The translations under genes and the position numbers were made by a program. Positions 9,648 through 18,300 of a stretch of 29,745 nucleotides of DNA are shown here, piece after piece. The notes under the pieces were generated by a model. The model ran no database searches. It was not told where the DNA came from and saw only the letters and a program-made list of their open reading frames with translations. The stretch is from an uncultured bacterium (GTDB taxonomy: Bacteria > Zixibacteria > MSB-5A5 > UBA10806), in NCBI GenBank assembly GCA_965541585.1, contig CBEUCH010000026.1:1-29745 (forward strand). Direction: 5' to 3'. Each line of letters opens with the position of its first letter. Position 1 is the stretch's first letter.

Positions 9648-9912
9648 GTTTTTTATAAACCTCCGGGATCCTGCCCGATGCATGTGGTTTCATAGCACTC
9701 TGTTTTTTTTCTGTTAAAGAGCATGGTAAGTCCGTGCTGGCTCGATAGTTAGATCGTCAGTCCAGTCTCCAGAGGGAACCAACCATGACATTGTTCGAAA
9801 TTCGAATCCCAGAGTCCATATTTATAGACTGCTGCAGTTAGAGATTACCCCTGAATTCTCCAAAGCAATCCATGATCACTTCAAGAGATTTTATGAAAGT
9901 GTTACAGGGATT

Positions 9913-9939
9913 TAAAATCACCAAGAATTAGTCCGAAAC
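9913..9939 (+). promoter_or_regulatory. Putative sigma-28 (FliA/SigD)-type promoter, copy 1 (weakest match)
   Basis: TAAAATCA, 11 nt, TCCGAAAC versus consensus TAAAGTTT-N11-GCCGATAA. Ends 7 nt before RNA motif copy 1, the same offset as in the other two copies. Confidence 0.55.
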
Positions 9940-9946
9940 TACTGAA

Positions 9947-10064
9947 GAAAACTAAATAACGGACGCAGAATGCCTTGTCGTGTAAGACACGGGCTTGCAA
10001 GAGCGGGGCGCAATCGAATCACCGGTCGGGGTGATAATGATCGCGCCCTTCTTTTTTGCCCGGA
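9947..10064 (+). ncRNA. Conserved structured RNA motif, copy 1 (candidate attenuator/riboswitch or sRNA)
   Basis: GAAAACTAAATAACGGACGCAGAATGCCTTGTCGTGTAAGACACGGGCTTGCAAGAG, then hairpin GGGCGC...ATCACC...GGTGAT...GCGCCC and TTCTTTTTT. Recurs at 22166 and 27377. Confidence 0.8.
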
Positions 10065-10109
10065 CGAGGTTTATTCATAGAAAAGTCGATCAAATAGAGC
10101 TACCGAAAT

Positions 10110-11198
10110 ATGAAAAGAGAGAGCGCATTGATTCATTCCGCTTCGCAGGTGATTGAGTATTTGGTGATATTGACCTTGTTTTTAGCCGCTGGCAACGTTT
10201 CGGCGCAATCACCGAAGCTAAAAATATACGGCTACTTCGATGTGGAGATTGAGGTCAGCAACAAGGATGCAGCCGGCAAGATATGGACCTTCGACCAGCA
10301 TCACCTCAATATCGTTACAATATACCGAGTAGACGAGCAATTCCGGGTATTCAGTGAAATTGAATGGGAGCATGGACCCTCCCACAAAGTTGATGAAACA
10401 ACCGGAAAGATTTATCTGGCTAAAGCCTTCGTAGAATATAAGAATTCCGACGCTTTCCGGGTACGCGTGGGCAAGTTTTTATCTCCTTTCGGGATCTATA
10501 ACGAGAGGCATGATGCTACCCCCACCTTCATTTCGACAAAGCTGCCGCATTCTGTTTACGGGGAACATGAGTTATCAACGGGAGCCAAAGGCCGTTTGTA
10601 TAGCAAGTTCTCCACCGGGATTCAGGCTCTTGGCAGCCTGTACGCCAGCGGCTGGGAGGGGAAATATCAGCTATATTTGTCCAATGGCAGAGGAGCCAAT
10701 CCTTATGAGAAAGACGATAACCCCAATAAGGGTATCGGGGCGCGTCTGGTTATATCTGCTCCAATAGAAGACCTTCGGCTGGGAACCTCCTACTATGCCG
10801 ATCGAAACGGCAAAGTCGGCAACACCAGGCAAAGCGCTCTGGGGTTTGACGCCGAACTGGATTATCTGAATTTCCATCTCGAATCAGAAATGGTCTTTCA
10901 CGAAATCGGGCTAACAGATACACCCGGGATGTCGAACGGCGATTTCAGGCACGGGTTCGGGTATTACGTTCTGGCGGCATACACTATTCTTGATAAACTG
11001 ACCCCGTTCTCCCGGTATGAATCACACGATCATGATATCGATGAAGGCGAGGTGGATGAGAACCTGGGCATGATCGGAATTAACTATTCTATCACCCCCC
11101 GGGTTTACCTGAAAAACGAAGTTCACTTTCATAACTTTATCGGTGGTGCGGAGGAAGGTTTCAAGATGTATATCGCTTCTATCGCGGTGGCATTTTAG
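10110..11198 (+). CDS. Outer-membrane beta-barrel (porin-like) protein
   Basis: Signal peptide (VSA-Q); KIYGYFD, SEIEWEHG, RVGKFLSPFGIYNERH, D-N-NKGIGARL motifs; C-terminal YIASIAVAF beta-signal. Confidence 0.8.
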   Translation: MKRESALIHSASQVIEYLVILTLFLAAGNVSAQSPKLKIYGYFDVEIEVSNKDAAGKIWTFDQHHLNIVTIYRVDEQFRVFSEIEWEHGPSHKVDETTGKIYLAKAFVEYKNSDAFRVRVGKFLSPFGIYNERHDATPTFISTKLPHSVYGEHELSTGAKGRLYSKFSTGIQALGSLYASGWEGKYQLYLSNGRGANPYEKDDNPNKGIGARLVISAPIEDLRLGTSYYADRNGKVGNTRQSALGFDAELDYLNFHLESEMVFHEIGLTDTPGMSNGDFRHGFGYYVLAAYTILDKLTPFSRYESHDHDIDEGEVDENLGMIGINYSITPRVYLKNEVHFHNFIGGAEEGFKMYIASIAVAF

Positions 11199-11208
11199 CA
11201 TGGGATAG

Positions 11209-11682
11209 ATGGTCAGGCGCATGATAACAAGCGGGAAATATACAATCTGTACTCTGATTCTGGTTCTGCTTTGCCTCGGCAGCACGGCAACGGCTCAGAT
11301 TGTGGTAGTCGTCAACGACAGTAATTCCATATCCGATCTGACACTGGATGAGCTGAAGCGGATTTATCTGGGTAAGACGACCGCTTTCCCCGATGGAAAG
11401 GAAATTGTTCTGATGGAATACAGTCCTCTGTGTGAGAAGTTCTACAAGGCCGTTTTAAATATGACAGAATTAAAGGTGAGAAAACACTGGATGAAGGTTG
11501 TGTTTTCCGGCGAGTATGCCACGCCTCCAACAGAGTATAAAGATCTGGACGAGATTAAAAACCAGGTTTGTAAAAATAGAGGAGCAATCTGTTTTGTCGG
11601 GCTGTCCGAGGTCGAGGATTGTATGAAGGTTCTGACAATCGAGGGCAAAAAGCCTGACGACGAAGGCTATCCCCTCAGGTAG
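11209..11682 (+). CDS. Small periplasmic PstS-like (single-lobe substrate-binding-like) protein
   Basis: Signal peptide (ATA-Q); IVVVVNDSNSISDLTLDELKRIYLGK...GAICFV...KVLTIEG resembles part of phosphate-binding PstS, but the protein is only 157 aa. Confidence 0.75.
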   Translation: MVRRMITSGKYTICTLILVLLCLGSTATAQIVVVVNDSNSISDLTLDELKRIYLGKTTAFPDGKEIVLMEYSPLCEKFYKAVLNMTELKVRKHWMKVVFSGEYATPPTEYKDLDEIKNQVCKNRGAICFVGLSEVEDCMKVLTIEGKKPDDEGYPLR

Positions 11683-11719
11683 GGTTGGCAATTTCCTGTA
11701 GGCGGAGGAATATCACAAT

Positions 11720-14700
11720 ATGACCTTTCAATTGTCCAGCTTGCGCATACGCACGAAGATACTGATCAGTTCTGTTTTAACGTTGGTGCTGATTTCCCTG
11801 TTTATTCTTGCCTATTATCCGGCCCAGCAGAAACGGCAGATCTACAATGCTATGCAGCAGAAAGATCACGCCGTGGCGGAGATGATAGGGCTGGGGGTCG
11901 GCATCGGGATGGGAACAGGTGACTTCGTCGCCATTACCGAGGCGCTCGACTGGGCTAAAAAAGAAGCCAATCTGAATTATATCGTGGTGCTCGACGAAAA
12001 TAACGAAGTAATCGCTTCTTACAATCCCCGTAGTATCGAACTGGATATTCAGCATTTGCTTATCAAGGATGATATCATGGAAATCGATGGCCACTCCCTG
12101 CATGCCGTCAACGTCCCGATTATAATTCAGGATGTGAACTATGGAACTCTGCTTTTCGGGAGTTCACTGGAGGAGGTAAATCGCGCCATCTCAGGCAACG
12201 CAAAAACGACATTGGAGGTGAGCCTGGCGATTCTCTTCCTGGGTCTCGCCCTTTCGGTGTATTTTAGCCGATTGATTACGAAGCCCCTCGCTCGACTACG
12301 CGACGCTGCCGACGAAGTCGGTCGCGGAAATAAAAACGTGGCGATTGATATTACCGGTACCGATGAGGTGGGCGTCCTCGGGATAGCATTCAAGGAGATG
12401 ATTAAAAGCGTCCGCCAGGCAGAGGAACAAGCCGCCATCTTCCGTCAATTCGCCGAAGCCTCCGGGCAGGGCCTCGCCATGGCCACGCCTGATGGCGAGA
12501 TTACGTATGCCAACCCCTCGCTCATCCGTCTTATGGGGGAGGATAAACTGGAGGATTTAATTGGCAAAACATTCGTTCCCTATTATCCCGAAGAACTACA
12601 GCAACGCATGCGGAACGAGATACTCCCCGCCGTTATGGAGAAAGGTCATTGGGTAGGAGAATTGGCGATAAAATCTACCGACGGTCGGCTGACACCTACT
12701 CTGGAGAGTATATTTCTCATCCGCGATGAAAACGGCAATCCACTCTGTCTGGCCGATATAATGATAGATATCACGGAGCGCAAACGGGCGGAGGAGATTC
12801 TCAAGAGGCAGGCAGCATTTGTTAAAAATAATCCAGGCCCGGTTTTGAACGTCGAGAAGAATGGTTATATTTTGAGTGCCAATCCGGCGACTAAAGCGAT
12901 ATTTGAGGATGATTTGATCGGAGAATTGATATATGAAAAGTTTCCGAAGATTACGCAATCAATTATTAATGTACCGGCTGGCCTAGAGCCTGTTCAAATC
13001 GAAGAGCAGATTGGAAACATGACCTATTTATTTGCGATCCGTCTTGACGAGTCGACTAACACGGTTTTTGTTTATGGAACCAATATCACAGAACGCAAGC
13101 GAGCGGAGAAGGCATTGCAGAAGCGGACGTACGATCTTGGCGAACGGGTCAAGGAGATTAATTGCCTTTACCTGACTTCAGAACTGATAGGAACGAGGGG
13201 TATTTCTCTGGAGGAGATTTTTCATGGGACGATCGATCTCATTCCCCCTGCGTGGCAATATCCAGACATAACATGCGCCAGAATAGTCCTTGAGGGACGT
13301 GAATTTAAAGCCAAGAATTTCGTGGAAAGCGAGTGGAAACAGGCTTGCGAAATCGTCGCCTGCGATGAAAACGTTGGATCCATAGAAGTCTATTATGGCA
13401 AACAGATGCCCGAATTTGATGAGGGGCCATTCCTGAAAGAAGAAAAAAACCTCCTCTTGCACATAGGGGAGCGCCTGGGATCGGCAATAGAGCAGAAAAG
13501 GGCCGAAAAGGCTCTTCAGGAGTCGGAAGAAAGATACAGGGGTTTGGTGGAAAATATCGATATCGGGATTTCCTTGATTAGCCCGCAGATGGAAATCCTG
13601 TCCCTGAATAGAAAGATGCAGGAGTGGTTTCCAGGCATAGATCTGTCCAAAAAACCGCTCTGCTATGATGTATATAATCTTTCGACAGAAAAGCAGATAT
13701 GTTCGAACGGCCCGGCAGTCATGACGCTGAAAGACGGAAAAGTCCACGAAGCCATTATCGAAGCCCCGGAGGGTGGCGAGGTAAGGAGTTTCAGGATTGT
13801 ATCATCTCCGATAAAAGATATGTTAGGTGATATAGTCGCCGCTATTGAAATGGTCGAGGATATTACAGAAAAACTAATGATCCAAAAGGAATTGACCCGG
13901 ACGGACAAACTCGAATCGATCGGTATGCTCGCCGGTGGTATTGCCCACGACTTCAATAACCTTCTGGCCGGTTTCATGGGAAATATCTCGCTGGCCAAGA
14001 TGGAAATCGATCCGAGAACCAAAGCATATGACGCATTGGAGAGAGCCGAAGCCGCATCCGTCAGGGCTAAGCGACTAACCTTGCAGCTTCTCACATTCGC
14101 AAAAGGTGGAGCGCCTGTTAAAGAAAGGGCTTCGATCCAGGAATTGATAAAGGATGCAGTCAGCTTTGCGCTTAGTGGTTCCAACATCAGATGTGATTTT
14201 CTGATACCGGATGATGCCTGGGAGGTTACGGTGGATAAGGGGCAGATCGGCCAGGTAATTCGGAATCTTGTTCAGAACGCCGCTCAGGCGATGATCGGTG
14301 GAGGGTTTATAAGAATATCTGTTGAAAATCTTCTTGCCGGATCGGGCGAACCCAATCTTCTCGATAGGTGTAAATACCTGAAAATTTCTGTTCAGGATCA
14401 TGGTGTCGGGATCGCTGAGGAACATATTCAAAAAATATTTGAACCATATTTTACGACCAAGCAACAGGGGAGTGGTCTGGGGCTGCCCGCCGTTTATTCC
14501 ATTGTGAAGAATCATGACGGCCATATAGACGTGGACTCTGAATTGGGCGTAGGAACGACTTTCCACGTCTACATACCTGCGACGGAGTGTGAAATATCGG
14601 CAGAACCAACGCCCGAAGCTGAGATTGTCTCCGGCAAGGGAAAGGTACTGGTAATGGATGATGAGGAGATGATCAGAGAAATGCTTGAGGACCTGCTGGA

Positions 14701-15037
14701 GATAATTGGATATGATGCAAAGTTCACATCAGATGGAGCCGAGGCTATAGAGCTTTTCAAAAAAGAGCGAGATCTTGGTCAGCCCTTTGATATTCTCATA
14801 ATGGATTTAACCATTCCCGGAGGTATGGGTGGAAAGGAAGCTATGGCCAGGATAAGAGAGATCGATTCTGAAGTGAAGGCCATAGTCTCCAGCGGGTACT
14901 CATCCGACCCGGTCGTAGCCGATTTCAGAAAGTACGGCTTTACGGGATATCTAAATAAGCCGTATAACGCCAGCCAACTAAGCAGCGTGTTGGATGATGC
15001 CCTCCACTCTGAATGCATTGAACGAGACTTAAAATAA
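11720..15037 (+). CDS. Hybrid sensor histidine kinase (TM-periplasmic-TM-HAMP-PAS-PAS-GAF-like-PAS-HisKA-HATPase-REC)
   Basis: HAMP ITKPLARL...DEVGVL; DITERK linkers; H-box AGGIAHDFNN; NLVQNA, DHGVGI, FTTK, GSGLGL; REC VMDDEE...MDLTIPG...KPY. RBS GGAGG. Confidence 0.95.
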   Translation: MTFQLSSLRIRTKILISSVLTLVLISLFILAYYPAQQKRQIYNAMQQKDHAVAEMIGLGVGIGMGTGDFVAITEALDWAKKEANLNYIVVLDENNEVIASYNPRSIELDIQHLLIKDDIMEIDGHSLHAVNVPIIIQDVNYGTLLFGSSLEEVNRAISGNAKTTLEVSLAILFLGLALSVYFSRLITKPLARLRDAADEVGRGNKNVAIDITGTDEVGVLGIAFKEMIKSVRQAEEQAAIFRQFAEASGQGLAMATPDGEITYANPSLIRLMGEDKLEDLIGKTFVPYYPEELQQRMRNEILPAVMEKGHWVGELAIKSTDGRLTPTLESIFLIRDENGNPLCLADIMIDITERKRAEEILKRQAAFVKNNPGPVLNVEKNGYILSANPATKAIFEDDLIGELIYEKFPKITQSIINVPAGLEPVQIEEQIGNMTYLFAIRLDESTNTVFVYGTNITERKRAEKALQKRTYDLGERVKEINCLYLTSELIGTRGISLEEIFHGTIDLIPPAWQYPDITCARIVLEGREFKAKNFVESEWKQACEIVACDENVGSIEVYYGKQMPEFDEGPFLKEEKNLLLHIGERLGSAIEQKRAEKALQESEERYRGLVENIDIGISLISPQMEILSLNRKMQEWFPGIDLSKKPLCYDVYNLSTEKQICSNGPAVMTLKDGKVHEAIIEAPEGGEVRSFRIVSSPIKDMLGDIVAAIEMVEDITEKLMIQKELTRTDKLESIGMLAGGIAHDFNNLLAGFMGNISLAKMEIDPRTKAYDALERAEAASVRAKRLTLQLLTFAKGGAPVKERASIQELIKDAVSFALSGSNIRCDFLIPDDAWEVTVDKGQIGQVIRNLVQNAAQAMIGGGFIRISVENLLAGSGEPNLLDRCKYLKISVQDHGVGIAEEHIQKIFEPYFTTKQQGSGLGLPAVYSIVKNHDGHIDVDSELGVGTTFHVYIPATECEISAEPTPEAEIVSGKGKVLVMDDEEMIREMLEDLLEIIGYDAKFTSDGAEAIELFKKERDLGQPFDILIMDLTIPGGMGGKEAMARIREIDSEVKAIVSSGYSSDPVVADFRKYGFTGYLNKPYNASQLSSVLDDALHSECIERDLK
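13510..15000 (+). repeat. PAS-HisKA-HATPase-REC block duplicated at ~18646-20135
   Basis: Near-identical protein stretches (IGISLISPQMEILSLNRKMQEWFPG; DKLESIG; IVKNHDGHIDV/VVKNHDGHIDV; DLTIPGGMGGKEA) with visible nucleotide identity. Boundaries are approximate. Confidence 0.85.
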
Positions 15038-15173
15038 GAATTGGCTAAAGATCTCTCCTCCAGGTCACCGAAGTCGACCGGAGGAACGATATACAAGATC
15101 AAGGTGTCCCATAACGGCGGTCGCCCTGGATTATGAGAAATCACACTGAAGCCTGTACTGATAAAATAAGCGC

Positions 15174-15203
15174 TTGACAAAATCAAGATGGCCGTGATAT
15201 ATA
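15174..15203 (+). promoter_or_regulatory. Putative sigma-70 promoter
   Basis: TTGACA (15174-15179), 18 nt, TATATA (15198-15203), with a TGn extended -10. Confidence 0.5.
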
Positions 15204-15303
15204 AAGTGCGATACATTCAATTCTGGCGCTGGTGGGGGAAGACATTGGTCAAGGATGCAGAAAATTATCTAATTTTGATCGTTTTTGACTATTTGGCAGT
15301 CTC

Positions 15304-18300
15304 ATGAACGAGAAAAGAAGAATCATCGCCCTCATAATAATTCTGGCGGTTTCAATAACCATCATAGCTTCCGTGACAATCTTTCTTTTATACAGAACGG
15401 CATTTGAACAGCAGACGGCGCGCCTTGCGGAGACGGCGCAGAGCCGGGCACGCATGATGGAGGCAGTAGCCCGGTTCGATATACAGTACAGCGATCAGGA
15501 TATTGCGGGAGGAGCTTTCGCTGCCACGCTTTTGCAGGTCTTTGACGCTCATTCGCGCTTCGAGGGTTTCGGAGAAACGGGAGAATTTACCCTGGCTAAG
15601 CGGGATGGAGACGATATTGTTTTCCTCTTGAGTCACCGCCACACTCATGATGAATCCGAGACTCCCGACTCAGAATACCCTTTGCCTACCCCGATACCGT
15701 TCAATTCCGATATCGCTGAACCGATGCGTCGGGCGCTGTCGGGAAAGTCGGGGACGCTTGTTGGCCTTGACTACCGTGCGGCCGAGGTGCTGGCCGCCTA
15801 TGAGCCGGTTGACGTGCTCAACCTGGGTATTGTCGCCAAGATCGATCTTGCAGAAATCCGAGCGCCCTTTATCAGAGCAGGAATAATGGCCTCGGGAGTC
15901 GGTATTATTATGATCCTCGTCGGAATATTTCTGTTCCTGCGTATCAGCGATCCCATGATTCGGCGTCTGGAGGAATCTGAGCAGCGTCTGACATTGGCAC
16001 TCGAAGGCGCTCAAGATGGCGTCTGGGATGTGAACATCATGTCAGGTGATGCGGTTTACAGTGATCGCTGGGCTTCCATGCTCGGTTATGATCTCAGCGA
16101 AGTCGAACCGAAAAACGACTCCTGGGAAAATCTGCTTCATCCTGATGATCATTCCCGGGTTATGGAGCGAATCAATGACCACTTGGAAGGAAAGACCTCA
16201 TCTTACAGCGCTGAGTTCCGCATGAAAGCAAAATCCGGGGAGTGGAGGTGGATTTTGAGCCGCGGCCGGATAGTAGAAAGGGACAGCAGGGGGAAACCGC
16301 AGCGAATGACCGGCACGCACTATGACATCACCGAGCGAAAGCAGGCGGAGGAGACATTGCGGGAGACTCAGGATTACCTTCTTAAAGCTCAAGAAATTGC
16401 AAAATTTGGTAATTGGTCATGGGAAAAAGATAAAGACATAGGTTTCTTCTCAGAAGAGGTCTATAATATGTTAGGTTACACTATAGGTGAAATTCAGCCA
16501 AGTCTTAAATGGTTATTAGGAATAATGCATCCTGATGACAGAGAGCAAGTAATAAAAGGTATAGAAGAATCAATGCGCACTGGCAAATCGTATGCTGGGG
16601 CGTACAGGCTTACAAGAAAGGATGGAAAGGAAATTATTGTAGATTCACGAGCAGAAGTTGTCTTAAACCATGCAGGTGAAGCAACAGAGATGATAGGAGT
16701 CATTCAGGACATCACCGAGCGAAAGCAGGCGGAGGAGGCGCTGAGAGCCTCGGAGACAAAATACCAGGATCTCTACGATAACGCCCCTGACATGTATGTC
16801 TCCGTTGACCCGGAAACAGCTGAAATCATAGGTTGTAATGAGACATTCTCAAAGCGTATCGGTTACAAAACGGAAGAAATCATAGGCCGCCCCATCTTTG
16901 ACATGTATCATCCTGATTGCATGGAAGAAGCAAGAGAAGCGTTCAATTCGTATGTGACTACGGGTGTAGTGAGCGACAAAGAGCTTCAGTTGAAGAAGAA
17001 AGATGGAACGAAGATAGAGGTCAGCTTGAATGTTTCTGCCGTTCGCGATGAGCAGGGTAAAATCTTATATAGTAGATCCTCCTGGCGTGATATTACTAAG
17101 CGAAAGCAGATGGAGGAGGCGTTACGGGAATCCGAGAGTCGGTACCGCGAACTTATTGAGGAATCCGGGCTGGCTTTCCTCATCGACGATTTGGACGGCA
17201 ATTTCATCTATTTCAATGACACTTTTGCAGGACTTTTTGGATATGGCCGGGAAGAGATGCAGAAGCTCAGAATCCAGGATCTCGTGCATCCGGATGATTT
17301 CGACGAGGGACAGATGCGGCACCGGAATAGTATTCGGGCGCCTCAACAGAGCTCTCAATATGAATTACGCGCAATAAAGAAAGATGGATCGATAATTCAT
17401 CTTGAAATTAATTCCTCTCCGATTAAGAAGGGAAATAAAATCTCCGGATTCAGGTCCTATATCCGCGATATCACCGAGAAGAAGCTCGCGGAGGAAGCGC
17501 TGATAGATTCCGAGGAGAAGTATCGCCAGCTGTTCACCACCGAAATGGACGCCATAATGATCTTCGATGGCGAAACGCGACAGTTTGTGGATGTGAACGA
17601 TGCAGCGATCCGGCTATATGGCTACAGCAGGGAAGAGTTTTTGAAATTGGAGATTATCGATATTACCGCGGAACCGGAAGCCTCCGAGAGAGCCATACAG
17701 AAAATCGTGGCAGGGACGCCCGCCACCGGTATGACACGCCTTCATAAGAAAAAGGACGGGACCATATTTCCGGTGGAGATATCCGGTAGCAGTTTCAAGC
17801 TGAAGGGTCGAGGTGTAGGTTGCGGAATAGTCAGGGACATCACCGAGCGGAAGCAGGCGGAGGAGGAACTGAAGAGAAGTGAAAAAAGCCTATCCAGGGC
17901 GCAGCATATAGCTCGCCTTGGTAACTGGGACTGGAACATCCTTACACGCCAGTTATTCTGGTCTGACGAGATCTATCGTATATTCGGGCGTAGCGCCGAT
18001 GAGTTCGACCCCACTTTCGGATCGTTCTTGAGCCTGGTACATCTTGATGATCTTGACCGTGTTCAGGAGGCTGTTGACGAGGCCATGGCCAAAAACAGGC
18101 CGTATAGCATTGACCACCGCATCGTGCGGCCTGATGGTGAGATACGTATCGTCCACGAACAGGCAGATGTGACTTTTAACAATTCTGGTCAGCCCGTTCG
18201 CATGGTGGGCACGGTGCAGGATATCACCGAGCGCAACAAGGCTGAAGAGGCGTTGCGGGAGAGCGAGGGGAAATTCGAATCTTTCTCGGAAAATCTTCCG

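Noticed and set aside
9406..9693. 95-aa minus-strand ORF
   Set aside because: Antisense shadow of the two tRNA genes.
9793..9810. GTTCGAAATTCGAATCCC as a tRNA T-arm remnant or att site
   Set aside because: The match is too short, with no cloverleaf and no extended identity to the tRNA-Tyr 3' end.
9947..10003. Calling the three-copy RNA a c-di-GMP-I (GEMM) riboswitch because of GGACGCA...GCC...GACA..GGG.TTGC
   Set aside because: The 5' GGCAAA-stem-GNRA tetraloop half is absent (promoter and A-rich sequence lie there), and copy 2 reads GGAAGCA. The resemblance is superficial; a cmscan is needed.
11209..11682. Assigning pstS / a phosphate ABC transporter
   Set aside because: The protein is about half the PstS length and there are no pstCAB genes nearby.
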